Source: Candidatus Accumulibacter conexus
GTDB taxonomy: Bacteria; Pseudomonadota; Gammaproteobacteria; Burkholderiales; Rhodocyclaceae
NCBI GenBank assembly: GCA_017592775.1
Contig: JAGFNJ010000005.1
Location: 62,246-126,245 of the forward strand
Reading direction: 5' to 3'
DNA length: 64,000 nucleotides
Shown: positions 1 through 12,514 of the stretch, one piece after another
Layout: every line of letters begins with the position of its first letter
How positions within the stretch are numbered: position 1 is the first letter of the stretch
Made by a program: the position numbers and the translations under genes
The notes under the pieces: model-generated
Seen by the model: only the letters and a program-made list of their open reading frames with translations
What the model was told of the DNA's origin: nothing
The model's database searches: none

Positions 1-163
1 CGACGGGACTGCTCATCTGAATCGGCGTGCGCGCCGGCAGGATTGCGCGCCGCATGCTGCGCACCACCGCAGAGGGGCCGCGCAGCGGTTGCATCAGTGA
101 CCGCGCAGTCTGCCCTGTTCGCTCCCATCCGGGTAGCATCCGGCCATTGAGCCAAGGAAGAAG

Positions 164-1267
164 ATGTCCAGAAAAAAGGAAAGAAGCGTCGAGCCACAGG
201 TCCCCGCAGCGCCTCCCGGCGAGCCCCTGCGACTGACGCAGTTCTCGCACGGCGGCGGCTGCGGCTGCAAGATCGCCCCCGGAGTACTCGAACAGATCCT
301 CGCCCGCACCGCACCGGCCGTGGCGCCTTGGCAGCTCCTCGTCGGCATCGAAACCAGTGATGACGCTGCCGTGTACCAGCTCAACGACGAGCAGGCGGTG
401 ATCGCGACGACCGACTTCTTCATGCCGATCGTCGACGACCCCTTCGACTTCGGTTGCATCGCGGCAACCAATGCGCTGTCCGACGTCTATGCCATGGGCG
501 GAACCCCGCTGCTGGCGCTGGCCGTCGTCGGCATGCCGGTCAACCGCTTGCCGCTGGCAACCATCCAGCGCATTCTCGAAGGCGGCGAATCGGTCTGTGC
601 GAAGGCCGGCATCCCGATTGCCGGGGGACACACGATCGACTCGGTGGAACCGATTTATGGCCTTGTCGCCATCGGGCTCGTCCATCCGCGACACGTGCAG
701 CGGAACTCCGGCGCACGCCCCGGTGACAAGCTGATTCTCGGCAAGGGGCTGGGCGTCGGCTTCTTCAGTGCAGCCCTGAAGAAAGGCCTCCTGTCACCGG
801 CCTGCTATGCGGCGATGATCGCATCGACGACGCAGCTCAACACGCCCGGCCGCACCCTCGCCTGCCTCGCTGGCGTGCATGCGATGACCGATGTCACCGG
901 CTTTGGTCTGCTCGGGCACCTGGTCGAGATCTGCAAGGCATCCGCGGTTTCTGCCGTCATCGACTACACGGCGGTACCGACCCTGCCGAACGCCGTCGAC
1001 TATGCCGCCAAGGGCTGCATCACCGGCGCTTCCGGCCGCAACTGGGCGAGCTATCGCGAGTACGTCGAGCTTGACAGAAAGCTCGGCGATCTCGAACGTG
1101 ACCTGCTGACCGACCCGCAGACCAGTGGCGGACTGCTCGTTGCCTGCGCGCCGGAGGTCGTCACCGAGGTCCTGGCGGTCTTTCTGCAGGAGGGCTTCGA
1201 CCAGGCAACGGTGATCGGTGAGCTGGGCGAAGGCAAGCCACAGGTCGCGGTCATCAGGAGTCACTGA
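164..1267 (+). CDS. selD: selenide, water dikinase (selenophosphate synthetase)
   Basis: 367-aa ORF. The N-terminal loop RLTQFSHGGGCGCKIAP is the Cys-type SelD active site. PurM/AIR-synthase-like motifs DDAAVY, TTDFF and TDVTGFGLLGH are present. ATG at 164 is preceded by AAGGAAG. Confidence 0.9.
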   Translation: MSRKKERSVEPQVPAAPPGEPLRLTQFSHGGGCGCKIAPGVLEQILARTAPAVAPWQLLVGIETSDDAAVYQLNDEQAVIATTDFFMPIVDDPFDFGCIAATNALSDVYAMGGTPLLALAVVGMPVNRLPLATIQRILEGGESVCAKAGIPIAGGHTIDSVEPIYGLVAIGLVHPRHVQRNSGARPGDKLILGKGLGVGFFSAALKKGLLSPACYAAMIASTTQLNTPGRTLACLAGVHAMTDVTGFGLLGHLVEICKASAVSAVIDYTAVPTLPNAVDYAAKGCITGASGRNWASYREYVELDRKLGDLERDLLTDPQTSGGLLVACAPEVVTEVLAVFLQEGFDQATVIGELGEGKPQVAVIRSH

Positions 1268-1386
1268 GGCGCCGCGCGCTGCTGCGCAGCATGCTGCGCG
1301 CCGCCCCCACCGCCCAGCGACCGGACGGGGCGCGTCGTGCGCTCACGGGCCCCCGGGCCTGCGCGCGGCGACTCCTGCGCCGGCCG

Positions 1387-2625
1387 TCAGTCGAGCATCA
1401 GTGATACCAGCCCGTCGGCCAGCTTCGGTTCGAACCAGGTCGATTTGGGCGGCATCACCTGCCCCATGTCGGCTACCGCCATCAGCTCCGCCATCTGCGT
1501 CGGATACATGGCGAAGGCGACCGCCATCTCGCCGCGGTCCACCCGCCGCTCCAGCTCGCCCAGGCCACGCATGCCGCCGACGAAATCGATGCGCGTATCG
1601 CGGCGCAGGTCGCTGATCCCGAGCACCGGGTCGAGAAGCTGCTCGGCAAGCACCGAGACATCGAGCCGGCGCACGGGATCGGCCAGCGGCACCAGTTCCG
1701 GTCGCACCTGCAGCCGGTACCAGCGGCCGGCGAGATACATCCCGCAAACCCCACTTGAATCGGGGCGAAGCGGACCGTCCGCCAGGCTGACGCGGTAGCG
1801 CTCGCCGACTGCCAGCAGGAAATCCGCGACGTTCAGGCCGTTCAGGTCCCTGACCACCCGGTTGTAGTCCAGGATGCGCATCTGCCGCGCCGGGAAGATC
1901 ACCGCCAGGAACGATTCGGCGCCACCCTTGGCCTGCTGGCGCCGCGCAGCCGCAACGCGCGAGGCCGCTGCCGAACGGTGATGACCATCGGCGATGTAGA
2001 GTGCCGGCATCGCACCGAAGACGGCGCTGATGCGCGTCATGTCGGCATCCTCATCGATCAGCCACAGCGTATGCCGGATGCCGTCGTTCGCCGTCAGGTC
2101 GGCCACCGGCGGCTGCCCGGTCGCCATGGCCAGCAGGTTTTCGGCCTGCGGATCGTCAGGATGGGCCAGCAGGACCGGACCTGTCTGTGCATTCAGCGCC
2201 TCGATCTGGCGGACCCGGTCATCCTCCTTGTCGGGGCGGGTGAACTCGTGCCTGCGGATGCGGTTGCTGTCGTAGGCAGCGATCGAGGCTGCCGCCACCA
2301 ACCCCGTCTGCACGTGCTCACCCATCTCCAGACGGTAGGCGTAATAGCATGGCCGCGGGTCGCGGCACAGGACGCCGTCGTCGATCAGCCGGCGAAAGTT
2401 CATCGCCGACCGGGCATACACCTCGGGTGCGTAGTGATCGACCTCGGGTGGCAGGTCGATCTCGGCCTTCGACACATGCAGGAACGAGAGCGGCTTGCCG
2501 GCCGCAGCCTGCCGCGCCTCGTCACTCGAGAGTACGTCGTAGGGTGGTGCAGCGACGGCTGCGGCGTTGGCGCTGCGCGGCCGCAGGCCGGCAAAGGGCC
2601 GGATGAGGCAAGAATCGAATGTCAA
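1387..2625 (-). CDS. DUF1015 family protein
   Basis: 412-aa ORF. The N-terminus IRPFAGLRP...APPYDVLS and the motifs IADGHHRSAAA / DYNRVV match my memory of the DUF1015 family. The start codon is TTG at 2625. Confidence 0.8.
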   Translation of the reverse strand: MTFDSCLIRPFAGLRPRSANAAAVAAPPYDVLSSDEARQAAAGKPLSFLHVSKAEIDLPPEVDHYAPEVYARSAMNFRRLIDDGVLCRDPRPCYYAYRLEMGEHVQTGLVAAASIAAYDSNRIRRHEFTRPDKEDDRVRQIEALNAQTGPVLLAHPDDPQAENLLAMATGQPPVADLTANDGIRHTLWLIDEDADMTRISAVFGAMPALYIADGHHRSAAASRVAAARRQQAKGGAESFLAVIFPARQMRILDYNRVVRDLNGLNVADFLLAVGERYRVSLADGPLRPDSSGVCGMYLAGRWYRLQVRPELVPLADPVRRLDVSVLAEQLLDPVLGISDLRRDTRIDFVGGMRGLGELERRVDRGEMAVAFAMYPTQMAELMAVADMGQVMPPKSTWFEPKLADGLVSLMLD

Positions 2626-2787
2626 ATGCGTCTCCCGCTCGAGCGAAGTTCTGGAAAGTGCGCCGCAGTACGGCGGCTGCCGGCGGTGCCTCGTGGTGCG
2701 CAGCCACCAGCCGCCGCCACCACCGGCGGTCGCCGGCGGCGAACAGTCGTGTGGACAGAGGTCGCTGCAGCGGCCAGACGAAGCACC

Positions 2788-4230
2788 TCAAATGCTTCGG
2801 TAGAGCGCCTCATAGCGCAACGCGGAGTCGGCCCACGAGAAGTCCTGCGCCATCCCGCGCTTCTGCAACTGCTGCCACGCTGCCGCATTGCGCATCAACG
2901 TCAGTGCGTCGCCAATCCGACGGGCAAGGACGCGGCTGCTGGCATCGTCGAAGACGAAGCCGTTCGCCGTCCCGGCCCGGAGATGGTCGGGCGTGGCGTC
3001 GATGACCGTGTCGGCCAGACCACCAACCCGTCGCACCAGCGGAATCGTACCGTAGCGCAGGGCATAGAGCTGCGTCAGACCACAAGGTTCAAAGCGCGAT
3101 GGAACGAGCAGGATGTCGGCGCCGGCCATGATGCGGTGCGACAGGGCATCGTCAAAACCGAGGTAGACCGAGACCGAGCCCGGGTGCGCCCTCGCCGCCG
3201 AACGGAAAGCGCTTTCGATCTCGGCTTCACCACTGCCGATGACCACCAGCTGGCCGCCCGCCGCCAAGACATCCGGCAGCGCACCGAGAACGAGGTCGAT
3301 CCCCTTCTGCGAGGTCAGGCGGCTGACCACCGCGAGCAGGGGCGCCTTGCTCCTGAGCGCGAAGCCGAGTTCCGCCTGCAGCTTGAGCTTGCAGATCCGC
3401 TTCCCACGCAGCTTGTCGGCAGTATAGTTGTGCGCCAGCGCGCGGTCACTGCCCGGATCCCAAACCGAATAGTCGACACCGTTGAGGATTCCCGACAGAT
3501 TGCCGCCACGGTCGCGCAACAGTCCGTCGAGTCCCCAGCCGAACTCCGGCGTACAGATCTCCCGCGCATAGGTCGGACTGACGGCATTGACGCGCGCGGC
3601 ATGAAACAGCGCCGCCTTCATGAACGACAGATGGCCATGGAACTCGAGCGCGCTCTGATCCGCACCCGAGATCATCAACCCGAGATCGTTGTGGTGATCG
3701 AGCGGGAACAGACCACGGAAGGCAAGGTTGTGGATCGTGAACACGGTGGCCGTATTCAGCGCCGGATTCTGCGCGATGTAGGCCGGCGCCAGACCAGCGT
3801 GCCAGTCATGCGCATGCACGACCTCCGGCTGCCAATTGCGGTCGAGTTCGCCGCCGGCCAAATGGGCGGCAATCCAGCCCAGCAGGGCGTAGCGCCGATG
3901 ATTGTCCCGCCAGTCGCGGCCATCGGGACCGAGATACGGGTTGCCGTCCCGCCGGTAGAGGAAGGGCGCATCGATGACGTAGGCCAACAGCCCGCTGTCC
4001 GGCAGGCGGCCAAGGCGCAGCGTCACCACCGCTGCGCCGAAGACCGGGCCAAGGCGGATGACCCGCTTCGCGTCGACAACTCCGTTGAGGATCGCCGGCA
4101 TCCCCGGCAGCAGGACGCGAACATCGAGCCCGCGGGCGGCGAGCGCCGCCGGCAGAGCCGCCACGACGTCCGCCAGGCCCCCAGTCTTGACCAGCGGATA
4201 GATCTCCGCAGCTACGTGCAGGACGCGCAA
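2788..4230 (-). CDS. glgA: glycogen synthase (ADP-glucose type)
   Basis: 480-aa ORF. N-terminus [27 protein letters not shown] (KTGGL motif) and C-terminal [22 protein letters not shown] start at 4230. Confidence 0.95.
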   Translation of the reverse strand: MRVLHVAAEIYPLVKTGGLADVVAALPAALAARGLDVRVLLPGMPAILNGVVDAKRVIRLGPVFGAAVVTLRLGRLPDSGLLAYVIDAPFLYRRDGNPYLGPDGRDWRDNHRRYALLGWIAAHLAGGELDRNWQPEVVHAHDWHAGLAPAYIAQNPALNTATVFTIHNLAFRGLFPLDHHNDLGLMISGADQSALEFHGHLSFMKAALFHAARVNAVSPTYAREICTPEFGWGLDGLLRDRGGNLSGILNGVDYSVWDPGSDRALAHNYTADKLRGKRICKLKLQAELGFALRSKAPLLAVVSRLTSQKGIDLVLGALPDVLAAGGQLVVIGSGEAEIESAFRSAARAHPGSVSVYLGFDDALSHRIMAGADILLVPSRFEPCGLTQLYALRYGTIPLVRRVGGLADTVIDATPDHLRAGTANGFVFDDASSRVLARRIGDALTLMRNAAAWQQLQKRGMAQDFSWADSALRYEALYRSI

Positions 4231-4258
4231 GCTTCCCCTCCCCCTCCCGCTGCAGGCG

Positions 4259-5584
4259 TCAACCCAGCCGCTCGAGCATCTTGCGCGTCACCAGACTGAT
4301 GCCGCCCTCGGTGCGACGGAAGCGACGGGCATCCTCCTCCGGATCCTCGCCGATCACCATTCCCGCCGGGATGCTGCAGCCGGCATCGACGACGCAGTGA
4401 CTGAGGCGTGCCCGGGTGCCAACGGTCGTGTCGGGCAGCAGCACCGACAGATTGACACGCGCGTAGGAATGGACGCGACAGCCCGAGAAGAGCAGCGAAC
4501 GATTGACTTCGCCGGAGACGATCGAGCCACTGGAGACGGTCGACTCGACCGCGGTGCCGCGGCGATCCATGTGGTTGTGTACGAACTTCGCCGGTGGCAG
4601 TTGCTGCTGGTAGGTCCACACCGGCCAGTTGCGGTCGTACAGATTGAGCGATGGCACGGTGGCGGTGAGGTCGATGTTGGCATCCCAATAGGCATCGATG
4701 GTACCCACATCGCGCCAGTAGTGCTCGCGTCGCACATCGTCGGCGGCGATGACACAACTGCGCGAGAACGGATGCGCCGCGGCAACGCGATTCATCACCG
4801 CGCGTGGAATGATGTCCTTGCCGAAGTCGTGGCTTGAACTGGGGTCATTGAGGTCACGTTCGAGTTCGTCATAGAGGTACTTGGCGTTGAAGACATAGAC
4901 GCCCATGCTGCACAGGGACATGTCGGGATTGCCCGCCATCGCCGGCGGATCGTCCGGCTTCTCGATGAAGTCGGTGATGATCCCCCTGTCGTCGACGTCC
5001 ATGACGCCGAAGCCGCTGGCATCGCGCCGTGGCACCTCGATGCAGGCAATCGTGCACTCGGCCCCGCTCTCGACGTGGTCGACGAGCATCATGGCATAGT
5101 TCATCTTGTACACATGGTCGCCGGCAAGGATCACGACGTACTCGGGTGATGGCCGGTAGGTCTCGAGGATGTCGATGTTCTGGTAGACGGCATCGGCCGT
5201 CCCCCGGTACCACGACTCCTCGTCCACACGCTGCTGTGCGGGCAGCAGGTCGACGAACTCGTTGACCTCGCCATGCAGGAAGTTCCAGCCCCGCTGCAGG
5301 TGACGCAACAGACTGTGTGACTTGTACTGCGTCACCACCCCGATGCGCCGGAACTGCGCATTGACGCAGTTCGACAGCGCGAAATCGATGATGCGGAACT
5401 TGCCGCCGAAATGGACCGCCGGCTTTGCCCGGCGATCCGTCAGTTCATGCAGCCGGCTGCCGCGTCCGCCGGCCAGTACCAGGGCGATCGCCCTGCGCGG
5501 CAATTGGAATGTCTTCCTGTCAACCATCTTCGTATCCCCAGTTTGACTCGATTCATCGCATCCGGCGGGAACGTCGGATGCCAC
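4259..5584 (-). CDS. glgC: glucose-1-phosphate adenylyltransferase
   Basis: Motifs [37 protein letters not shown] and a C-terminal left-handed beta-helix region. The ORF-track start is GTG at 5584. An in-frame ATG at 5527 ([12 protein letters not shown]...) is an equally plausible true start. Confidence 0.92.
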   Translation of the reverse strand: MASDVPAGCDESSQTGDTKMVDRKTFQLPRRAIALVLAGGRGSRLHELTDRRAKPAVHFGGKFRIIDFALSNCVNAQFRRIGVVTQYKSHSLLRHLQRGWNFLHGEVNEFVDLLPAQQRVDEESWYRGTADAVYQNIDILETYRPSPEYVVILAGDHVYKMNYAMMLVDHVESGAECTIACIEVPRRDASGFGVMDVDDRGIITDFIEKPDDPPAMAGNPDMSLCSMGVYVFNAKYLYDELERDLNDPSSSHDFGKDIIPRAVMNRVAAAHPFSRSCVIAADDVRREHYWRDVGTIDAYWDANIDLTATVPSLNLYDRNWPVWTYQQQLPPAKFVHNHMDRRGTAVESTVSSGSIVSGEVNRSLLFSGCRVHSYARVNLSVLLPDTTVGTRARLSHCVVDAGCSIPAGMVIGEDPEEDARRFRRTEGGISLVTRKMLERLG

Positions 5585-5590
5585 CCTGCC

Positions 5591-7297
<1,707 letters not shown>

Positions 7298-8932
7298 TCA
7301 GCCGATGTGCTGCCTGGTGAACGCCAGCAGTGCCTGCGTCGAGGCATCCAGCGGTGCGGCCAGCGCCGGGTTGCCGATCGCCGGCAGGATGCTGTTGGCC
7401 ACTGCCTTGCCGAGCTCGACACCCCATTGGTCGAACGAGTTGAGTCCCCAGATGACACCCTGGACGAAAACCTTGTGCTCGTACAGGGCGATCAGCGCCC
7501 CCAGCGTCTGCGGTTCGAGCCGCGTCAGCAGCAGCGTCGATGACGGCTGATTGCCCGGAAACACCTTCTGCGGCAGCAGCGCCTCGAGCGCTGCCGGAGA
7601 CATCGTTCCCGCGAGTTCGCTGCGCGCCTCGGCAGCCGTCTTGCCGAAGGCCAGCGCCGCACTCTGCGCGAAGCAGTTGGCGAGCAGCGCTTCCTGGTGT
7701 CCGGGCAGCGGATAGTCGGCGCGAACGGCAGCGATGAAATCGCAGGGGATGAGCCGTCCGCCCTGGTGCAGCAACTGGAAGAAGGCGTGCTGGCCATTGT
7801 TGCCCAGCTCGCCCCAGACGATCGGATTCGAGGCACAGGCCAGCGGCTGCCCATCGCTGCCGACCGCCTTGCCGTTGCTCTCCATTTCAAGCTGCTGCAG
7901 GAAGGACGGGAAATACTTCAGCGATTCGTTGTAAGGCAGCACGGCATTGCTCGTCGCGCCCAGGAAGTTGGTGTTCCAGATGCCGATCAGCGCCATCACC
8001 ACCGGCAGATTGCGCTCGTAGGGCGTGCTGCGGAAATGCTCGTCCATCCGCTCGGCACCCGCCAGCAGTTCGGCAAAGGCCTGCGGTCCAATGGCGATCA
8101 TCAGTGCCAGGCCGACCGCCGACCACAGTGAGAAACGCCCGCCGACCCAATCCCAGAGCGGGAACACGGCGTCCTCCCTGATGCCGAACTGGACCGCCCG
8201 CTCCGGCTTCGCAGTCAGGGCAGCGAAGTGGCTGGACACTGCAGCGGCATCGCCCAGCTTCGCCAGCAGCCAGTCGCGTGCCGTCTGGGCATTGAGCATC
8301 GTCTCCTGGGTGGTGAAGGTCTTGCTCGCGACCAGGAACAGCGTCGTCTGCGGGTCGAGCGTCTGCAACAGCGGTGCCAGCTGCGCGCTGTCGAGGTTCG
8401 AAACGTAATGCACATCGACGGTCGGGTGCGACACCGAACGCAAGGCGTAAGCGAGCATCTTCGGGCCGAGGTCGGAACCGCCGATGCCGATGTTGACCAC
8501 GCTGCGGATTGGCAGGCCGGTGAAGCCGAGCGCCTTACCGGAACGGATGCCGTCGGCAAACGCGGCCATCCGCTGCCGCGTCGCCAGGACATCGGGCATG
8601 ACGTCGAGACTGGCCGTGGGGAACGGGCTCGCAGAGCGGCGCAGGGCGACGTGCAGCACCGAGCGGCCCTCGCTGGCGTTGATCTGCTCACCGCTGAACA
8701 TGCGTTCGGTCCATTGCTCGAGCTGCGCCGCCCGGGCCAGTTCGGCCAGCAGCGGCAGGCTCGCCGGATCGATGCGCTGCTTCGAGAAGTCGTAGAGGAT
8801 GCCGTCGAAGCTCAGTGAGAGGGATGCTACGCGGCCTGGATCGCGAGCAAAGAGTTCCCTGAGGTGCACCGGCGAAAGCGATTGCCGATGCGCTTCAATA
8901 GCCTTCCAGGCGGCTGAGGTGGTGATGTTCAT
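7298..8932 (-). CDS. pgi: glucose-6-phosphate isomerase
   Basis: 544-aa ORF with IGIGGSDLGPKM, ASKTFTTQET and GVIWGLNSFDQWGVELGK motifs. ATG at 8932. Confidence 0.95.
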   Translation of the reverse strand: MNITTSAAWKAIEAHRQSLSPVHLRELFARDPGRVASLSLSFDGILYDFSKQRIDPASLPLLAELARAAQLEQWTERMFSGEQINASEGRSVLHVALRRSASPFPTASLDVMPDVLATRQRMAAFADGIRSGKALGFTGLPIRSVVNIGIGGSDLGPKMLAYALRSVSHPTVDVHYVSNLDSAQLAPLLQTLDPQTTLFLVASKTFTTQETMLNAQTARDWLLAKLGDAAAVSSHFAALTAKPERAVQFGIREDAVFPLWDWVGGRFSLWSAVGLALMIAIGPQAFAELLAGAERMDEHFRSTPYERNLPVVMALIGIWNTNFLGATSNAVLPYNESLKYFPSFLQQLEMESNGKAVGSDGQPLACASNPIVWGELGNNGQHAFFQLLHQGGRLIPCDFIAAVRADYPLPGHQEALLANCFAQSAALAFGKTAAEARSELAGTMSPAALEALLPQKVFPGNQPSSTLLLTRLEPQTLGALIALYEHKVFVQGVIWGLNSFDQWGVELGKAVANSILPAIGNPALAAPLDASTQALLAFTRQHIG

Positions 8933-9209
8933 GATTGATGAGGGTCATTGATGAATGATCAGGCCGTCTGCTGACGACCCATGGGAAGAGGTTTTCGATG
9001 CAATCCAAAGGGATATTCCGTATTGGTTGTCAGCTTGCCAGAATGCGTCGCAGAACGCAAAAAAGAATGGCAACCGGCCCCCCGCAACAGGCCATTTCCG
9101 AGTATTTTTCTTGGTTATATTTCTCCGCTGCCGATCATCACCGGAAACTCCTGTCGCTGCGTCGATGGTCCGAAAGTCGTGCGCTACCAGAGTCGACTGA
9201 CAGGCAAAC

Positions 9210-9647
9210 TCAACTGCTGTTGGCCGGTCGCAGACCGTCGCCGGATTTCGCCCGGGAATTCTTCACGCTGACTGCGAAAGGCCGGTCTTCGACGGCGATA
9301 TGGCGCTCGAACCAGTACTCGGCATAGCGCAGGAAGGAATGAACGTCGCGCGCGCCGTTGCGCACCTCGGCGAAGGCCTTCTGCAAGGCATGCAGGTTGT
9401 CGCGATGGACGGTTGCGTGCCCGGCGAAGTCAACGCCGACCGCTTTCGCGATGCGCTCTTCGCTGGCGAAGTGGTATTCGAGATAATCGAGCAGAATTTC
9501 GAACTCGGCAAAGGAAACGGGCCCGCTGCCGAAACAGGCTGCCTTCAACGACTCGATACGGCGAAAGATTTCTTCGTGTTGTGCATCAATTTCGGGCAGA
9601 TCGATCAGCAATGCTTCCGGCAGCAGTCCGGCAAGGTTGATCTCCAC
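9210..9647 (-). CDS. hemerythrin-like metal-binding protein (bacteriohemerythrin)
   Basis: 145-aa ORF. The IDAQHEEIF...YLEYHFASEE...H..VH...H spacing is typical of the hemerythrin His/Glu ligands. GTG start is preceded by AGGAGA. Confidence 0.75.
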   Translation of the reverse strand: MEINLAGLLPEALLIDLPEIDAQHEEIFRRIESLKAACFGSGPVSFAEFEILLDYLEYHFASEERIAKAVGVDFAGHATVHRDNLHALQKAFAEVRNGARDVHSFLRYAEYWFERHIAVEDRPFAVSVKNSRAKSGDGLRPANSS

Positions 9648-9736
9648 AGCGATTCTCTCCTGGGAAACGGTCGATTTCGCAAGTCCACACAGTATAAAAA
9701 GGGAGCTCGCAAAATTCCAGTAAAATCAGCCCGAAT

Positions 9737-11221
9737 TCAGGCGAAGACGCCGTGCAGGAACCAGCCCGCCTGGCTGCGGAAAACCCACAGCCATTCGTCA
9801 CGCCGGGAAATGGCGACAAAGTAGTCGCGGCAGACATCGCCGAGCGCATCCGGCTCCGCCGCATCCCACCAGCCACTCTCGATTCGCTCGGGGCCGGCAA
9901 GCAGGCGCAGCGGACCGCCGCACTGCGGCCGCCCAGCCAGCTCGCGCAGGGCCTGTGGTTGCGCCAGCAGGCACAGCGGACGCGGACCGACGGCGGAACT
10001 CCGCAGGGCTGGGACAAGAAGCTGGCTGAGCGGCGGTTTCTCTCCTGCCAGCGACGCCGGCACGACCCGCCGCCAGGCGTTTTCCGGCCGATGCTCGGCG
10101 ACTGCCGACAGCGCATGCACGCCATCGTCGCCCAGGCGTGCCTGCAGCCGTTCGAGCAGTCCTGCCATCGATTCGTCGCCGGCACCCTCGCCACGCTCGG
10201 CGAACAGGCTGCGCGAATGACCGACGAGTGCTGCTGGTGCCTCGGCCCGCAAGCCGATGCACTCGACCGCGGCCGGCAGATGCAGACGCTGCAGCCGCTC
10301 GCCGAGCACACGGCCCATCCGCCCGGCGTCACGCGTGGCGCCGGAAAAACCCAGGGCAAGCACGGTCGCCGGCCGCTGCGTCGCGCCGCGTTCGTGCTCG
10401 AACTCGAAAACGCATTCGCTGATTCCACCACCCCGTGCGGCAAGCCAGCCAGACAAGGCATCGATCAGGCGACGTGCAGCAAAACAAAGCGCCGACGCCT
10501 GCTCGACGCGCATCGGCAACTCCAGCCGTTCGGCAAAAAGCTCCGGAAAGACGAAACGCTGCCTGGGATCCGGCAACTCACCCAGCGCCCGCGCCAGATC
10601 GGCCACCAGGCCGGCACCCAGCCGCCGCGCCAGACCGGCGCGCGGCAAGCGCAACAGGTCGGCAAGCGAACGCGCGCCGAAACTGGCGAGACGGGCCTCA
10701 TCCCCTGGTGCAAGGGCGAGCACCGACAGCGGCAGACTGCCGAGACGATGCGGCAGTTCGCCGAGCGTGCAGCAGGCGCGGTCGTCACCGCCGATCGCCA
10801 GCCACTGTGCGGCCAATGGTGTCGGCGCCAGGGCTGCCCGCGGCAGGTGACCCTGCTCGGCACAGCCGGCGACGACGCCCTCGAACAGCTTTGCGGCGCC
10901 ACCGAACAGGCGCAGTGAGGCGGCCACTTCGAGCAACAGCATCGACTGCGCCAGGCAGCAGACCTCGGAGGTGAAACTGCCGGCCCAGCAGGCGAGCCGC
11001 TTCAAGGCTGCCTGCTCACGCTCGACAGCGCGCTCCCGAACCACCAGATCAGGCAGCAACGCCCGTGCTTCAGCCAGCCGCCTGCCGGCCACCACACCTG
11101 CCGACACCGCCGCGCGGTCAGCAACGACGACCCGCTCGTGGTCGACGATGGCGCTAGGCGATGGCAGGTCGGGAAAGACTTCGAGCGGCAGGCAAGGCAG
11201 ATACAGGGCGAGCCAGAGCAT
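9737..11221 (-). CDS. imuB: Y-family polymerase-like translesion protein ImuB
   Basis: The conserved N-terminus MLWLALYLPCLPLEVF... begins at ATG 11221, giving a 495-aa product. The ORF track extends it 138 codons upstream into imuA, which I treat as spurious. It follows imuA, as in SOS mutagenesis cassettes. Confidence 0.8.
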   Translation of the reverse strand: MLWLALYLPCLPLEVFPDLPSPSAIVDHERVVVADRAAVSAGVVAGRRLAEARALLPDLVVRERAVEREQAALKRLACWAGSFTSEVCCLAQSMLLLEVAASLRLFGGAAKLFEGVVAGCAEQGHLPRAALAPTPLAAQWLAIGGDDRACCTLGELPHRLGSLPLSVLALAPGDEARLASFGARSLADLLRLPRAGLARRLGAGLVADLARALGELPDPRQRFVFPELFAERLELPMRVEQASALCFAARRLIDALSGWLAARGGGISECVFEFEHERGATQRPATVLALGFSGATRDAGRMGRVLGERLQRLHLPAAVECIGLRAEAPAALVGHSRSLFAERGEGAGDESMAGLLERLQARLGDDGVHALSAVAEHRPENAWRRVVPASLAGEKPPLSQLLVPALRSSAVGPRPLCLLAQPQALRELAGRPQCGGPLRLLAGPERIESGWWDAAEPDALGDVCRDYFVAISRRDEWLWVFRSQAGWFLHGVFA

Positions 11222-11861
11222 GACGCAAGCGCAGCGGGCGTTGCACGGCGATGGGCAGAGGCAGCGGTTGTGCGCTGCCACGGCGCTTGAGCAGGTGAAC
11301 GATGAGCTGCTCACCCTCGGCTTCGAGAGCCAGCCGCAGCGGTGCCGGCGAAGGCTGGCTGGCACAGGCTGCCGGACGAAAGACGAAGAGCAGAGCCTGG
11401 CTCGCCTCGGCGGCCAGTTGCAGGCGACGCAACGAGGCGGCTTGGACCTCCGGCAGCCAGACGACGATGGCACCAACGCCATCGGCAGCCAGCGAGCGTT
11501 CGCAGGCCCAGGCGGCATCGCGGCCGGGAGCGCTGGCAACCAGCAGGCGCGAGAGATCGACTCCTCCCGCCTGCAATGCCGGGGCATACAGCAGATATGG
11601 CGGGGCAATGCAGACCAGCCAGGCCAGTTCGTCACGCGAGAGCCGGGCCAGCGCCGGCAGCAGCAGGCTCAGCTCGCCGACGCCGCGACGCAGCGGCAGG
11701 AGTTCGGTCAAACCGCCACGCGGCCAGCCGCCACCGGGCAACTCGCGGTCGAGATCGGCGAAGCCCGTCGGCACGCCGGGCAGCGCTGCCCTGGCAAGCG
11801 TATCGCCCCGCCAGACATCGGGACGTTCGAGGATCTGCGCCAGCGTGGTGGATGACGACAT
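11154..11861 (-). CDS. imuA: translesion DNA synthesis-associated protein ImuA (SulA/RecA-like)
   Basis: The motif VWRG...PGVPTGFADLDRELPGGGWPRGGLTELL is typical of ImuA. ATG at 11861 (the ORF track opens at TTG 11867). It sits between lexA and imuB. Confidence 0.75.
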   Translation of the reverse strand: MSSSTTLAQILERPDVWRGDTLARAALPGVPTGFADLDRELPGGGWPRGGLTELLPLRRGVGELSLLLPALARLSRDELAWLVCIAPPYLLYAPALQAGGVDLSRLLVASAPGRDAAWACERSLAADGVGAIVVWLPEVQAASLRRLQLAAEASQALLFVFRPAACASQPSPAPLRLALEAEGEQLIVHLLKRRGSAQPLPLPIAVQRPLRLRHALARPVSALPAARSLSRPAIA

Positions 11862-11887
11862 GGTCAAATCCGGTTGGCAAGCACTGT

Positions 11888-12490
11888 TCAGATCGTCTCG
11901 CCGCTGCGGATCAAGCCGACAGCGATGCCTTCGATGACCAGTGACCGCCGCTCGGGATCGACGACGATCGGCGCGAAATCGGGATTCTCGGCAATCAGCT
12001 CGACGACACCGTCACGCCGCCGGAAGCGCTTGACCGTCACCTCGTCATCGAGCCGGGCAACGACGATCTGGCCGTTGCGCGCCTCGCCGCTGCGGTGCAC
12101 GGCAAGCAGGTCACCATCGAAAATGCCGGCATCGATCATCGACAGGCCACGCACCCGCAGGAGGAAATCGGCGCGCGGCGAGAACAGGCCGGCATCGAGC
12201 GTGTAACGGCGCTGCACGTTCTCCACGGCGAGGATCGGGCTACCGGCGGCGACACTGCCGACCAACGGCAGGCCGAGCTGTTCGACCAGGCGGATGCCGC
12301 GCGCCGATCCCGGCTCGAGGGTGATCAGACCCTTTCTCGCAAGTGCCCGCAGATGCTCCTCGGCCGCGTTGTGCGAGGCGAAACCAAAGGCCGTGGCGAT
12401 CTCCGCCCGTGTCGGCGGCGCGCCGAGGCTTTCCAGCGTGTTGCGAATGAATTCGAGTATTTCCTGTTGCCGCGTTGTAATCCTGAGCAT
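11888..12490 (-). CDS. lexA: LexA repressor
   Basis: N-terminal w[18 protein letters not shown]...PPTRAEIA, Ala-Gly cleavage region VAAGSPI, and S24 peptidase motifs GLSMIDAGI...VVARL..EVTVKR. ATG at 12490. An SOS box lies 25 nt upstream. Confidence 0.93.
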   Translation of the reverse strand: MLRITTRQQEILEFIRNTLESLGAPPTRAEIATAFGFASHNAAEEHLRALARKGLITLEPGSARGIRLVEQLGLPLVGSVAAGSPILAVENVQRRYTLDAGLFSPRADFLLRVRGLSMIDAGIFDGDLLAVHRSGEARNGQIVVARLDDEVTVKRFRRRDGVVELIAENPDFAPIVVDPERRSLVIEGIAVGLIRSGETI

Positions 12491-12514
12491 GACCGGCACC
12501 CTCCGTTGGCGTGA

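Noticed and set aside
1978-4299. Very long ORFs on the strand opposite to well-supported genes. Examples: 1978-4299(+), 5411-7264(+), 12744-14510(-), 14565-16511(-), 16334-17593(+), 22817-25210(+), 25264-29589(+), 29623-31074(+), 30902-33097(+), 34291-35619(-), 35668-37002(-), 39964-42009(-), 41981-43597(-), 43662-45467(-), 45825-47993(-), 50470-51612(-), 55590-57017(-).
   Set aside because: They are typical high-GC shadow ORFs. Their translations are Arg/Ala/Gly/Pro-rich with no recognisable motifs, and each lies antisense to an ORF with clear family signatures.
9737-11635. N-terminal extensions offered by the ORF track. Examples: imuB to 11635, bcp from 12511, PhoH2 from 13038, rpsF to 19107, the small caspase partner to 22855, hsp20 to 33835, macro from 34030, satP to 38393, the GltD-like gene from 39397, korA from 41798, lrgB from 43808, the CoA-transferase from 45972, cas10 from 50419, csm3 from 53677, csm5 from 55173 and cas6 from 56972.
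   Set aside because: In each case the conserved protein N-terminus begins at an internal ATG, GTG or TTG with a Shine-Dalgarno-like sequence. The upstream extension is low-complexity and often overlaps the preceding gene.
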